Positions 63,606 to 64,000 of a stretch of DNA of 64,000 nt are shown here, in pieces. A program made the position numbers and the translations under genes. Numbering within the stretch: position 1 is the stretch's first letter; every line of letters begins with the position of its first letter. The stretch lies in assembly GCF_947568905.1 (NCBI RefSeq), contig NC_079165.1:46128001-46192000 (forward strand), written 5' to 3'. Source of the stretch: Ostrea edulis (taxonomy: Eukaryota). A model generated the notes under the pieces. That model made no database searches. It was given only the letters and a program-made list of their open reading frames with translations, and had not been told where the DNA came from.

Positions 63606-64000
63606 TAGCTGCAATAATGTAGCCCTCTCCAAATTTTTTTATTCTGACGTTTTCGGGGGAGGGCTACAATTCCATAGGATCTTCGTAATGGTGCAAAATA
63701 TTTTTATGGGTAACTTGTAATAAGCTCCGTGCATTTGTCTCCAATGCTGTTTACCCCAAAAAGAGTACCAACTTGTGCTCGGGCATGTCTAATAAAGGTG
63801 GTTTTCATTCAGTATCATGTACAGCATGCAAGTTCTTTGTTTGCTCCGCCATGCTTGTTATCGCGAGATCTCGTTGATGAATCTACTGAAGAATCTAAAC
63901 ATTGACAATCAGCACGAAATGTAGTTACTTGAGTCATGCCAACAAAAGAAAAAAGGAAAAGCATATGGTGGGGAAAAAACACACACTCAGTTCCGTTTTT
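63606..64000 (+). mobile_element. Third copy of the TAGCTGCA element, truncated by window end
   Basis: tagctgcaataatgtagccctctccaaattttttt...ggatcttcgtaatggtgcaaaa, colinear with 42026 onward. Confidence 0.9.

Overview
AT-rich, intron-containing animal genomic DNA. The repeat complement (166-170 bp satellite-like units, tRNA-derived SINEs with (AAAC)n tails) suggests a bivalve, probably an oyster; this is inference. There are two assembly gaps (28550-28678, 34992-35124). I assembled three spliced protein-coding genes by hand, all with GT-AG junctions and consistent intron phases. (1) BAG1-like co-chaperone: minus strand, 6 coding exons, 7845-21922, 207 aa. (2) A small two-exon gene for a secreted 115-aa peptide with a signal peptide and two 6-cysteine repeats: plus strand, 25491-26981. 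The ORF track shows only its second exon. (3) A macro-PARP: plus strand, 14 coding exons, 40388-60639, 874 aa, with three macrodomains and an ADP-ribosyltransferase domain. It keeps an H-Y-E triad, has a CxxC-x4-C-x2-H insert, and has adjacent GAS and IRF-type motifs at its putative first non-coding exon. The rest is dense in non-autonomous mobile DNA: several TA-ended elements with exact 9-bp target duplications (two long foldbacks, an ~820-bp family and a 92-bp hairpin), tRNA-containing mini-LTR elements, SINEs, Penelope-like and LINE fragments, and many minisatellites. No database searches were possible; family names come from motif recognition.
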